Shown: positions 25,353 to 36,688, counted from the first letter of the whole stretch. The stretch is DNA of 63,033 nt, filler included, from Craspedostauros australis (GCA_030167865.1; 6 parts of 6 records of this genome joined end to end with filler, not necessarily neighbours in it); one strand, 5' to 3'. Made by a program: numbers and translations. Notes: a model not told the origin generated them from the letters alone.

Positions 25353-27911
25353 CGTCAGATGCGAAGTGGTCGAGAGCGTGTGATTGAGGATGGAAGAGAT
25401 GCTCGCAGCAGTGATGGCGCTGTTGGTGATCAGATGCACGAGGAGTAGTGGCGGAGTCCGCTGGGGTAGCGCTTGTGTCATGTTATTGGAGCCGACCCAG
25501 ATCGCGCAATCGCGTGATGTGGCCGGTTCTTCAAAAACAGAGAGAAGATGCCCGTTGGAATAGAGTGAGCTCTTTTGCCAATCCAGATTGTCCATTTGGA
25601 CCCCCAAATTAGCGTAGTTCTTCACCAACTTTAACGCGATTTTTGTTAGCTCTTGCCCCAGTATGGTCTAGCGAGGCTCTAGAGAAAGAGGAGACTTCGT
25701 TGATGGCTCGTTTCGTCAGATTGCTGGAGGCTACACATGGTCAACATCTCTACTCCACTCTGCTCTCGCCTAATACCTCTTCCGACAAGCGGTCTATCGC
25801 CCACGGCCTGCCTCCAAGTCTTTCTTCCTCTGTCGGTCCAGAGAGAATGGAGCATCACGAAAACTTGTCAGTCTCGCAAGTTGGTGCGTCAATGCAGCAC
25901 CTCGCACATACTGCAATGGTCCATAGCAATATAGAATATTACATAATGCAATAGAGATTTGATGATTCGGACTCCACTTCTCGCTCTGGAGAGCTATCGC
26001 ACATGCGCGGCATACTGTAGTGCCAGGGGATGCGTCACATTGATTGCCCGCCATACGCTCAGGCAGTGGTTCGGCGTGTTTGTGTCCACTGGATGACCAC
26101 ATGTGCAACAAGATGCAAAGCAGGCGCACCAATGGTCGCAGAATGCAGATGTGGCCTCTTTCTGGGGAGCACGGAATGCCTTGAAATATAAGTTGGGTAG
26201 AGTCTGTTCGTGCTGCTGCTTTCGCTGCCATCTTCATGGATACCAAGGAGAAGGCCATCACCATGAAGGACGCGGTCGTCAAAAAGAGTGGAGCAAAGTC
26301 AAAGCTTCCATTGGCGCACCATCTCGCAACAGAACCGGCCAAGGAGTGGGGACTGCACATGCCAGTTGGTTGTCCGGATACTGCCCAACCCGGTGTGTGT
26401 TTCGGAACTGGGCCTGTTTGTGGTAGTCAGCAACACGAATTTGTTCTTCGAGGTGACACAGTCGGCGCCGTTCAGCCGTCCGAACATCGAGGAGTTGGTT
26501 GGCGGTCTCTCGTGGGCTTGCTTGAACTACTACCCAGCTTGCGATCAGATGTGCTGAACAGCACTGAATTGAAGACATGGGTGGGCCCCAGACGTTGCAT
26601 GCCGATGCGCGGGTATTTGGATCCTGATGCCGCAACGGATGGATTGAACAAGATGCAGGTGTGCACAATGCAGTTGACTAAGTGCTCCTGCATCCGTAGG
26701 TTGCATGTGTGCCATAGAATATTAGCACATAGACGACGGGATGTATGAATGAACAGACTGCCGGATGAGGCAGCGTAGGAATGACGCAATGGGACGACGA
26801 CGTAACAAATGAAGTACCATAAGAAACAATAACAGATATAGAGCATAGCACAATATAACAGTACGGATTATGCAATGTGTGGATTGGATTACCGTGCCGA
26901 TACTCAGATGCCTGCGAAAAGCGTGACGTCTCCAAACAAAGAGAGAAAGAAAGAAGAAGATGTCTAGGTCGTATTCGGCTAGACGGACCACAGTATCGAA
27001 TGGTCTCAGCAACTGCAAGAAACACGCAATTACCGCAACTCCGTGTATCCTCTTCTTTCCCGTCACCATGTTGTTTCGTTTGAGAATCCTCGGTCCCGAC
27101 CAGACACACATTGAAGTGTTCGGCAGGTACCCGCGATCAAGATGGTGTGGTGATCTCCGATGCGCAGCGAAGTGCGTCTCTAACGACGCATCGAGACTCT
27201 CATGGGACAAGGGCAAGATCAAAAGCAAGATCAAAGTCAAGTGCAAAGGCATAGAGAGGGGCATGGGCTGGGGTGGGCCAATGTCATTTTTGATTGGGTG
27301 AAGGTCCAGCAGTACCATGGGCAATGTTGCAAACGATCAAAACGTGATGTGGATGTATCCATCCTGCATCCTGCATGCAGAGGGCAGTCGGTGGTTTCCG
27401 ATGCTTCATTTCCAACTCGGAGATACGAACAGACATCAATCGCAGTCGAGATTGCGAGCATTTCAAGACTGTGCGAAGCATGGTGTTCCAAATACCATAC
27501 GACTACACATGCTCCCTCTTCAGCCACAGGTTCATTCTACTTGATACTCTCATCAGTTGGCAATCGCATTCACACGTCGTTTCTGAGTAAAGACGAGCTG
27601 AAAGAAACAAGGGATGAAAGAGGGATCCATCACTTGACGGAATGGCACGAACCAGGCAGAACCACGAACGGCACCAAACATGGGCTGCACCACTTCAACA
27701 GACGAGGCCTTGCTCTTTGGCATCGTTTGGAGGCAACACTGGAGGCAACACTGGAGGCAACGCTGGAGGCAAAAGGATTGTTACCACTGCTCTTTCCCAC
27801 AAAATCAACACACTCCAATTCGAATAGGAAAGAAAAGCAACAACAACATCACCACCAACAGCAACAACAATCTCCATCACTCAATCACAGAAGCACAACA
27901 CGAACATCAAG

Positions 27912-28115
27912 ATGATCGACACCAAGACAATCATCATCACCACTCTCCTTGTCGCCTTCATGACAATAGCAGAAGCGCGCCTCTCTGGAGATGACACTGC
28001 AGACACAGTCGGTGAGATGCACCTGGCGTTGCAAGCTACTCGCACCCTCAAGGCTGCTTTCGGCGCCGGCAACAACAAGGGAGCCAAAACAAACAAGAAC
28101 GGCTTCTTGGAACCC
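27912..28115 (+). CDS. Secreted protein, N-terminal fragment (cut by contig end)
   Basis: Signal peptide MIDTKTIIITTLLVAFMTIAEA, then an RTL motif and K/G/N-rich sequence. CAA-rich leader upstream. Confidence 0.6.
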
Positions 28116-28159
28116 NNNNNNNNNNNNNNNNNNNNNNNNNNNNNNNNNNNNNNNNNNNN

Positions 28160-28171
28160 TTAATTAATTAA
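28160..28171. other. Artificial contig linker TTAATTAATTAA (also at 43157-43168, 46691-46702, 50180-50191, 51984-51995)
   Basis: Identical six-frame-stop 12-mer flanked by 44 N on each side at five places. Confidence 0.97.
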
Positions 28172-28215
28172 NNNNNNNNNNNNNNNNNNNNNNNNNNNNN
28201 NNNNNNNNNNNNNNN

Positions 28216-28701
28216 ACACTCATCCGTGTTGTTCACTCACTCCTCTCACATGCTCATCGACAATCACACTTGGTCAGAACATGGAGTTCTGGCACGATCA
28301 GTCCAGTCCTTCGATGTTGTTCCAGTCCGCGCTTTGTTCTCCTTCGCTGGTTCTCTGTCGGTCANGTAATCATGTTCTGGGTTCCGAGCGATTCAATCCG
28401 TGATTGCGTTCTTGCATAGATGTTTCAGGTTAACTGGTCAACCCTCATGCTTGGAACACTTCGGTGTTCCAGTCTCCCTTTCACATCCATCGTTCGCCAT
28501 ACCAGTTCGTCAATCCACTCAAACCATGTCTCACGATTAGTCTGTCCGTCGTCCGTCATACTCTTGACACACAGAGGAGGAGGTCCACAATAGACTTGGG
28601 AGCGTGTCCGACTTTGATAGATCGGTGAGTCTAATTTTGGTATTATGGGAGGTGCGGCAATCTAGAATAATACGACATAGTCGTACCCTCGATTCCTGAC
28701 A
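28216..28701 (-). mobile_element. LTR, family B (5' part), inserted into the protease region of the family A element
   Basis: Minus strand starts TGTCAGGAATCGAGGGTACGAC...ATTGCCGCACCTCCC, as at 57626, 59164 and 60027. It interrupts the pol frame right after ALFNVRDI. Confidence 0.85.
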
Positions 28702-28823
28702 TTTATGTCTCGCACGTTGAAGAGAGCGGTGTCTGAATTGACGATGTGACAAGAAGCTCCGCTGTCGGCGAGCCAGGTGTCCTTGTTGACCTTGTCCTTG
28801 TGCTTGGTGCTCAGCTCGTGGAG

Positions 28824-31355
28824 CTACTCCATGGCTGCTGCAGCTATTTCATCGTCGAAGCTGCCGTCGTCTTCGTCTTCGTGAACTCCGTCTTCGTTGT
28901 ATGGATGATGGTGATCCTTATCATCCATGTCGTTGGGTAGTTGCGCGTAGTCCGATGGAATCGTACTGTTCCGATGTGATCCTGTGGCTGGATCATAAGG
29001 GTTGACGCGTGGTCGTTCGCGTAAGAGCACGCGCATGCATCCTCCAAGGATGTAGTGCAGATCCGTCTCTGGGATCGTTTCTGTGTCAGCCGCTTCCAAT
29101 ATGCGGTTGATGACGACCGAATTGGCGAGAATCTCTTCGATTGATCTGAAGTTCTCGGATAGGATGGATCCCATCATGTTCACCCATATTGGTCTGAGCA
29201 CTCCTTGTGCGACTCCTGGGAACAGTTTCACTCCTGCTTCCATTACGGCATCGAAGATGAGTTGCTTCTGGATTATCAATGCTGTTGTCATTCCGTATGG
29301 GATGGTATCATGACGATGGAGGTAGTTTGAGTTGTTGGGACTCTCAATCGGTGGGAATTCGATATTCCCTGGGTAGACAACACGCTCGTTTGGGTTGAAG
29401 CTGTCGTCTGGATGATTTTCGGTTTCGTCGCTGTCATCTTCATCGAAGATGCCTGATCTGTTGTTCCCCGCCACTGGAGGAGGCGGGGCCGCGCCGCCGT
29501 TCGTTTCGTCTTGGCCTCTATCATTCTTGTTGATCTCATCGTCGGCCTCTTCACTCATGGCCTCTTCGATGTCGCTATCGTTGGCCTCGTTGCCCATCTT
29601 GGCTCCGTTGCCGTATGGACCGATCAGGTCGTGCGCGTTGAAGCAGCATTCATAGCTCACTTCGCGTCTTGGATCCACTTCGTGGACGATTGGCTCTTCG
29701 CTGGGCCACTCCGGGACGATCTCATCGTCCTGCACTTCGTCGTCACTCCTGACGCACTCGAAGTTATCGAAGAAGGAGTCTTTGATGTAGTTGTCAGACA
29801 CCAACATGCAGAGCAGCATGTCCTTTGCCAAGAGTACCATCTCGTGCCCGCTCTTGTCGTGTCCTTCCGTTGCTGTGTTGGCCTGTTCGTCGGCCTTCTT
29901 CTTCTCGTTGAACTTCTTCTTTCGGCACTCCGCCTCGCGATGTCCGAAGATGCCGCAGTAGTTGCACTTCCCGTTGAAGCCGGTTCCCTTGTTGCGCTTT
30001 CCGTTCATTTTGTTGTTGTTGTTGTTTTTCTTGTTGTTCGGTTTCTTGCGTTCTGGGCAATCGGCGGATCTGTGACCATACACACCACAGTTGTGGCAGG
30101 TCCCCTTGAAGTTACCGGTGCTCGTGAAGCCGGTATTGTTGCTCTTCGCGTTGCTGTCTTGGAAATCGTCGATGTACGCCTTGCCTCCTTGATGAGTGGC
30201 ATGTGCTGTGCGGAGTACTCCTCTGATTGCATTGATGGTGACTACGTCTGGATTGAACATGAGTTGATGTTGGAAGTTCACGATGTGAGTTTTGTATTCC
30301 ACGCTCACCGTGCTGAGGATTTGCATGATCATCTCCTCGTCCGTGATCTCGTACTTGACATCGTGGAGACGCGATCGTAGACCCTCGAGTCGCGTGATGT
30401 AGATATCGGGGTCCGAGTCTCTCTTCATCTTTTCGTTGTTGAATTGACGCTTGAGTTTGATCTTCGTCACCGCATCGGATGGTCGGAACTTCTCCGCGAG
30501 AACGTTCCACGCTGCGTGTGGATCTCCTTTGGGATAATCGTCGGAGACGCATTGGTTGATGTACTGGATGGCCTGCTTGTCCTTTCCTTTCTCTGCATCC
30601 ATCATGAGGATCAGATTGCTGAAGCAGTCGCATCCCAGCTCGTAGATCTCCTCCATCGCTTCCTTGNNNNNNNNNNNNNNNNNNNNNNNNNNNNNNNNNN
30701 NNNNNNNNNNNNNNNNGAAGCAGTCGCATCCCAGCTCGTAGATCTCCTCCATCGCTTCCTTGTCTTCATCGGTGGCTGCCGCGATCTCGCTCACTGTTGG
30801 TATCTTGGTCTTGCCCAACATCACGTCTCTTGTCTTCTGTGCACGAGCGTATGCCTTCGCTTGGGACTCCCATGCGCTGTAGTCTTCTTGTTCACCGCTG
30901 AATATCGGCGCCTTGATGCGTCGCTTGTTCATGTTGGCTGATGTTGCCATGTTGGTTCGTTGTTTCGTTGTTGGTGCGCTCGCGCCCTTGATTTCCGTTT
31001 GTTTCTGTGTTGTCGATTCTTCGATTTTCGCTTGTTGTTTCGCGGAGGTTATTTTGCTCACAAATTCTCCTCCTGGTGGTGTCTCACTTTTCCCACTCTG
31101 TTTGGCTGTGCGAATGCTCTCCGTCACACCAGTCTCCTCTTGTTTGACCGCCTTGAGAATCCTCTTCTCTTCACGGTGTAGTCTTGCAGACCGTTCCTCT
31201 TCGGACTCGTCGATCGCGCTTGCCTCTGCGCCTGATAGGACAGTAGCCACGGCTGCTTCCTTCTCTTGTCGTGGTGGAGTCTCACTCGCACCTTCTTGTC
31301 TCTTGATAGTCGGGTTGGACAGAGGGATGTCTCTCAGTTCCTCTTCCTCGCTCAT
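28824..31355 (-). CDS. Copia gag polyprotein, ending at a premature TAG
   Basis: PIFSGEQEDYSAWE, AWNVLAEKF...KLKRQF, knuckles CHNCGVYGHRSADC and CNYCGIFGHREAEC. The TAG at 28824-26 is CAG in the copy near 47704. Confidence 0.9.
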   Translation of the reverse strand: MSEEEELRDIPLSNPTIKRQEGASETPPRQEKEAAVATVLSGAEASAIDESEEERSARLHREEKRILKAVKQEETGVTESIRTAKQSGKSETPPGGEFVSKITSAKQQAKIEESTTQKQTEIKGASAPTTKQRTNMATSANMNKRRIKAPIFSGEQEDYSAWESQAKAYARAQKTRDVMLGKTKIPTVSEIAAATDEDKEAMEEIYELGCDCFXXXXXXXXXXXXXXXXXKEAMEEIYELGCDCFSNLILMMDAEKGKDKQAIQYINQCVSDDYPKGDPHAAWNVLAEKFRPSDAVTKIKLKRQFNNEKMKRDSDPDIYITRLEGLRSRLHDVKYEITDEEMIMQILSTVSVEYKTHIVNFQHQLMFNPDVVTINAIRGVLRTAHATHQGGKAYIDDFQDSNAKSNNTGFTSTGNFKGTCHNCGVYGHRSADCPERKKPNNKKNNNNNKMNGKRNKGTGFNGKCNYCGIFGHREAECRKKKFNEKKKADEQANTATEGHDKSGHEMVLLAKDMLLCMLVSDNYIKDSFFDNFECVRSDDEVQDDEIVPEWPSEEPIVHEVDPRREVSYECCFNAHDLIGPYGNGAKMGNEANDSDIEEAMSEEADDEINKNDRGQDETNGGAAPPPPVAGNNRSGIFDEDDSDETENHPDDSFNPNERVVYPGNIEFPPIESPNNSNYLHRHDTIPYGMTTALIIQKQLIFDAVMEAGVKLFPGVAQGVLRPIWVNMMGSILSENFRSIEEILANSVVINRILEAADTETIPETDLHYILGGCMRVLLRERPRVNPYDPATGSHRNSTIPSDYAQLPNDMDDKDHHHPYNEDGVHEDEDDGSFDDEIAAAAME

Positions 31356-31437
31356 TCAGCCTGCTGCTCTTGAATGATGTTCGTCTTCCTTGCACAATCC
31401 GATCTGCGGGCTTGCCCTGATCTATTGTTTATAAACG

Positions 31438-32238
31438 TGTTGGCAAGTTCCGCTCACGATAACCTACGATCGTGGAAGATGGTGTTGGTTGATAGTTGTT
31501 CGTTTGCTATTTCATTACTTGGTTACTCCGATCCTCTTGGTGTACACCCGTTCTCTTGCCCGATGCTCTTGGTGCTTCAATCTGTTTTGTAGATTTGGTC
31601 TCCGACTATGAGTCGGTGTAAGAGATGCTCTCTCGCTGCTCCTCGTATTCTCTCTCTCTCTCTCTCAATATCGTGTGCTTCGTGCTACATGATACTCCGC
31701 GTTCGATGCGTACTCCGCATTCAACACTCCGTTCGTTCAGTACTGGCTTCTACTCCATGAGTACTTACCATTTGAAGTTCACCTTCTGTATCCATGATCC
31801 TGATGCCCTTTGGTCATCGGATCTTCGCCTCCTGCTCTGACTTGGAGACAGCTGTCGACGTGGTGACATGTTGACATCCTGTTGACGTCAGTAGGCGTCC
31901 TTCTGCTCTCCAGATGTCANNNNNNNNNNNNNNNNNNNNNNNCTGTCAGATGATATCGTCATCTGAGGTTTAGTTGGGAAGTACCTCGAGATTCTCTTGG
32001 TACCATTGATGGATGGACGGACGATATTTCTAATTCTCTCAGAAATCGTCGATTGCAAATTTCCTCCAGAGATTCTGCTCATTTTCGTGTGTTCCATTTC
32101 TGCTGTAATTCTGACGAATCACAGCATACTATCGACACGAGTGTAGTTGTACCGTCCAAGTGCGTATGAGAGAATAACGGGTGAACGATGCACATATACA
32201 CGTACATCTTGACATATACTCACATATACATCTCGACA
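31438..32238 (-). repeat. 5' LTR of family A (~801 bp, TGTCGAGA...TGCCAACA)
   Basis: TG...CA termini, ends 83 bp upstream of the gag ATG, and matches 585-1363. The inner boundary is inferred from its CCAACA end, which resembles family B. Confidence 0.8.
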
Positions 32239-32621
32239 CTCCAAGTCAGAGCAGGAGGCGAAGATCCGATGACCAAAGGGCATCAGGATCATGGATACAA
32301 GAGGTGAACTTCAAATGGTAAGTACTCATGGAGTAGGAGCCAGTACTGAACGAACGGAGTGTCGAATGCGGAGTACGCATCGAACGCGGAGTATCATGTA
32401 GCACGAAGCACACGATATTGAGAGAGAGAGAGAGAATACGAGGAGCAGCGAGAGAGCATCTCTTACACCGACTCATAGTCGGAGACCGAATCTACAAAAC
32501 AGATTGAAGCACCAAGAGCATCGGGCAAGAGAACGGGTGTACACCAAGAGGATCGGAGTAACCAAGTAATGAAATAGCAAACGAACGACTATCAACCAAC
32601 ACCATCTTCTACGATCGTAGG
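32239..32621 (+). repeat. 3' half of a family A LTR in the opposite orientation
   Basis: Reverse complement of 31463-31847 with a few substitutions and a shorter CT tract. Abuts the LTR terminus exactly. Confidence 0.9.
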
Positions 32622-32959
32622 CTTCCAATCATGGAACTTGCCAACAACCATCGCCGCACATTCGCAAGAGTCTGCAGGCACCATACCATACACAGGCGTT
32701 CTGGCCTATTCTTTGCGTTATATCGCTGTATGAAGCGATGGCGTTGGCAGCAACGAGCACTGAGCATCTCTTGGCGCCGTACGGGCGTTGCAACGCCTCA
32801 TAAAAGCAATCCCTGGCTGCCGAGCATCGCATTTTGCAAAATTGAGTAAGAGCGAACGTTTGCCACACGCTCTGATTGCATCGCCATCGCCAACGCCACC
32901 CATCCATCCATTTTTTGCCAACTAAGTTTCGTTCCTCCAATCCAACCAACGTCCCGAAC

Positions 32960-33755
32960 GCCATCATTGTGCAGCTGCTCTGCACCCTTCCAATCTTCGC
33001 TGTGCAGTTGCTTGCCAAGGGAGGAGGCGGCGGCGGCGGTGGCTCAAGCAGCGGTGGTGGAGCTGCGGGCAGTCACGGAGACGGTGGCCCGGCCGACCCG
33101 GCCTCGATCGGGATCATGGTGGGCATCTCAGCTGTCTTGGCGGGTATCAGCTTTGCCGTTCGGCGGTATTGCAGATCCCCGCAATGGATCTCCCAGATCG
33201 GCAACGGCCTCCTCCTTCGTGGATCAGAGCAAGCAGGCCAAGATCAACGTGCTGCAGAGCAGCGCCAACCATGTCGACAGCATGATCAACATTGCGATTG
33301 CCACGCCACCTAACAGCTGCTATTGATGCACCTACAACAAGAACGCCCGTGCCCATCAATCCGAGGAGCACCTCACCTTCGAACCGACCACCGTCAAGAA
33401 CGCCAGTTTTGATGGCACTAACGTCGACGACGAGATGGAGAAGCAGAACGCCATTGAAAGTGTCAGCGGTGGCACGACGCTGTGGAAGGTGACAGGCAAG
33501 GGTTCCGACAACGACGGCAACTTCCGCATCGACGAAGGATACGTCGCCGCCAACGGCGATGCGTTCTGGGTGGAGACCTCGGAAACGACGGTGGGCCTGG
33601 AGGTGTTGGTCACGGGCCGCTTTGACTTTGTCAACGGAAAGCTCAACTCCGCATCGTGGGTGTGTAACAAGGGGACTGGCGGAGAGCTGTTCCATTTCAA
33701 GTTGGACCAGACAGTGGAAGATGGCACGGTGATCACCAGCATGTCGGGCATGTAA
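32960..33755 (+). pseudogene. Disrupted single-pass membrane protein gene (Gly-rich, TM helix, beta-rich domain)
   Basis: Gly run and TM helix lie in one frame. The C-terminal domain (KVTGKGSDNDGNFRIDEG...AFWVE...VTGRFDF) lies in another frame with an in-frame TGA at 33324-26. No clear ATG. Confidence 0.55.
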
Positions 33756-33864
33756 ATGCGAACGTGCAGCGCAGAGCGGTTCAGCTCAGTTCGGTTCGGT
33801 CCGGGGCGTGCAGACAACCACAGCGATGGCAGATAATGTTCCGTGTGGCGCTCCACCAATACAA

Positions 33865-34101
33865 GTACGTGAATGTGTACGTGAATGTGTACGTGAATGT
33901 GTACGTGAATGTGTACGTGAATGTGTACGTGAATGTGTACGTGAATGTGTACGTGAANNNNNNNNNNNNNNNNNNNNNNNNNNNNNNNNNNNNNNNNNNN
34001 NNNNNNNNNNNNNNNNNNNNNTACGTGAATGTGTACGTGAATGTGTACGTGAATGTGTACGTGAATGTGTACGTGAATGTGTACGTGAATGTGTACGTGA
34101 A
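33865..34101. repeat. 12-bp minisatellite (GTACGTGAATGT)n
   Basis: Perfect tandem units on both sides of an N gap; true length unknown. Confidence 0.95.
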
Positions 34102-34631
34102 CGTGCACGATTCATACCCGCCCACTGCACTATACTCTGTTGTACGAGCTGCTCTGCTGCGCNNNNNNNNNNNNNNNNNNNNNNNNNNNNNNNNNNNNNN
34201 NNNNNNNNNNNNTGCTCTGCTGCGCTGGATGACATGCACTTCTTCGGAGACTCATACAGTTTTGATTTTCTTTTGGCAATGGAAGACATTAAAGTAGAGC
34301 AGTATAGCATTGTGTTTGAAGTGGAGGACCATGCGCATTACACCAATAGGGAGTATCCTTTGCAGAAGTCTCCCTCTCAGGGACTTCCCTATCAAGTTGA
34401 CCGACTCTTTCGTGTCCCCTTATCTCATCAATTTCATTCTGAATCTTGCAGCGCCTGCAGCTTCATGCTTGTACTTGGTCATTATTTTCGACTATCTCGA
34501 GAGCATTACTTTCTATTGGTAGAGTGATCGAGTTCGAGCCAATCTTGATCCTGTCGGTTCATCCATTTCTCGCTTCTGTGCACAACCCACCCCATCTCTT
34601 CCGCCACCTTCCCCTTCACCCTGCCGCGACT

Positions 34632-36329
34632 TCAGGTCATTGTACGATTCAGCCTGTCCAAGAGATCGTCCCAAGTTGACACGCCTTCAAACAAACGATC
34701 CAGATTCACTTCACAGAATTCACGCTTCTCGTAGACGGTGCGGTAGAATGCCTCGCGGTGTGCCGCTTCACCGTCAGGAGATGCATACCACTCAGGCATC
34801 CACTTCTCCTCCAACGTCAGCGACATGTTCAGGAGCTCTTGCAATTCATCCTCCGGCGGACAATCCAGCGGGAGATCCGCGAAGGTCTTGTTCAGAACAC
34901 TCGTATAATACTCCGCGAACTCGACTGTCACAGCCATCCTGGTTCGGTTGGCTTGTGTGGCTTGGCTGATCAAGCCACGCTTTGCTGCAGTAAAGATTAT
35001 CTTGCTGATTGCCAACCATATCATTGATCGGACGTTGGTCTTGGTGGGTTTCTCTCGTTGCTCGAGGTATTCACATGACTTGGGAGTGTCTGGAATGGTG
35101 TCGCACAGCAGCTGCTCAGAGATGTGCCGTTTGCTGTGGAAGTTCATGATGTGGATGGGATAGCCACTTTCTCTCCACGATTGGATCATTCCGTCTATGA
35201 AGACAAAACCTCCCGAAAGAGTCATGATCATGGGACCATCACCGAACGGCTTTGAACTGCTCTCCATCCGCTGACGAATAACTTTCCACAGGTTTGTGTC
35301 AAATACTTCACCTTTCATAGGCCAAGGAATTGAGGGCTGGCCTACTTTTGCCTGCCTCCCGACGTTTTGCTTCCAAGAGCTGAGCATCCAGTCAAAGGCG
35401 CGTCGGTAGGTGATGACCACCGACGCATCCCAGTCTTGGAGGAAGTGGCGCAAGTTGTTGAAGTACGTCGGACTCTGGAATCGTGTTTTGTCATAAAAGC
35501 GGGAAATGCCCTGGAGCTCGCTGCTGTACACCAACGAGATGTTCTGCTCTTTGGCCGCATCAAGTACTCGTTGTGTTTCCACTAATGGGGCTGGCAACTC
35601 CGGTGGCGGTGGCTGCCATGGTGAACCGAATACTGCTTGATCTGTGCTGTTCATGAGCGCTTGCTGTGCCAGTTGGTTCCTGTACTTGGAGTAAGGCTCA
35701 TGCAGGGCCACTTCGTGGAACAACTGTTCGATTGAACACAATTGCAGCTGTTGATCCGTAAATGGTTTTTTTCGGCATTTTAATCCTGAATCCCAGTAGT
35801 GGTCGCTGGCGAGGATCTGCTTGTTTCTGAGTTCCAACAAGTCCCTTTGCAGGGAGGTCGTGGCAGTCTTCAGTGGTCCCAAATGGAACACTATCCGGTT
35901 TTTCTTTTCTTTGGGAGCAGCCTTCATTGGTGGCTCCGCTGGTGGCTCCGTTGGTGGCGCTGTTGTCGAATCCATTCCTGATACATCTGTGCGAACGTTG
36001 GCTTCTGCGTGTTCCACAATGGGAGATGATCGCAGTCCCTCAATGATTGCAGATTCTGTCTTTGCATCACCCATTGTTGAGGATGAACACCGCCATGGTG
36101 AGATCTGCATCACGAAGCATTGGAAGGCCATGAAGGAATATGCCACTATTGCGAGTCTCGCGGTCTTGTTCGCCGTAGTCGACTGGCGACGACTGGTTCC
36201 ATCGCCATTGTTCATCTGTTTCGCCGAGGGAGTTGCGACCCTGCTATGGCCGGTTGCCAAGGTAGCCTTGTGGTTGGAGTGCTTGAGTCCACCATACTCC
36301 GCATGAAGTCCACCCGAAGAAGGATCCAT
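34632..36329 (-). CDS. Type II membrane sulfotransferase-like P-loop protein
   Basis: N-terminal TM helix, 5'-PSB-like FHLGPLKTATTSLQ, YSSE, 3'-PB-like ITYRRAFDWMLSSW. Confidence 0.8.
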   Translation of the reverse strand: MDPSSGGLHAEYGGLKHSNHKATLATGHSRVATPSAKQMNNGDGTSRRQSTTANKTARLAIVAYSFMAFQCFVMQISPWRCSSSTMGDAKTESAIIEGLRSSPIVEHAEANVRTDVSGMDSTTAPPTEPPAEPPMKAAPKEKKNRIVFHLGPLKTATTSLQRDLLELRNKQILASDHYWDSGLKCRKKPFTDQQLQLCSIEQLFHEVALHEPYSKYRNQLAQQALMNSTDQAVFGSPWQPPPPELPAPLVETQRVLDAAKEQNISLVYSSELQGISRFYDKTRFQSPTYFNNLRHFLQDWDASVVITYRRAFDWMLSSWKQNVGRQAKVGQPSIPWPMKGEVFDTNLWKVIRQRMESSSKPFGDGPMIMTLSGGFVFIDGMIQSWRESGYPIHIMNFHSKRHISEQLLCDTIPDTPKSCEYLEQREKPTKTNVRSMIWLAISKIIFTAAKRGLISQATQANRTRMAVTVEFAEYYTSVLNKTFADLPLDCPPEDELQELLNMSLTLEEKWMPEWYASPDGEAAHREAFYRTVYEKREFCEVNLDRLFEGVSTWDDLLDRLNRTMT

Positions 36330-36688
36330 CGTCGAGAATGCTGCCTTGGACTTGTGAGTTGTCGATGCTCGTGTGGTTGGTGTTGTTGGTGTGGTTGGTG
36401 GCTCCAGCGAGAGCGGCGTTCGCTAGTGTGTGGCGACTTTTGTTGTTGCGTTTGTTCCTGTCGTGATGCGATGCGAGCATGCGCGAAACCCTGTGGGCGA
36501 GAAAGCACTGTTTCATTTATTTCGCTTCGCCGTTTCTACATTTTTCGCAACTTTGCAACGTGTTGTCATTGGCGGTGTCTCAGGGGTTCCATTCCACGCG
36601 CCTGACTTGCTCTTCTGACGTCATGAGATCTGCGGCATTGAGCTAATCCATAGACACATAGCTTTTGTCTGCGTTGGGTGGTAGTGCT

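Larger units (their letters stand above)
28702..32238 (-). mobile_element. Ty1/copia LTR retrotransposon, family A (5' LTR, gag, start of protease), defective
   Basis: LTR 31438-32238, ORF from 31355, copia gag, two CCHC knuckles, protease WLADSGASCH after an in-frame TAG. Confidence 0.92.

Noticed and set aside
28824..28826. Programmed gag-pol stop read-through
   Set aside because: The sister copy has CAG at this codon, so a nonsense mutation is simpler.
31853..32238. Shorter 386-bp LTR bounded by TGTCGA...TCGACA
   Set aside because: Homology among copies continues well past 31853, and a CCAACA end at 31438 gives a length matching family B. Not fully excluded.
33865..34101. CRISPR-like array or HVHI/YVNV repeat proteins
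   Set aside because: No spacers. It is a plain 12-bp minisatellite and the ORFs through it are incidental.
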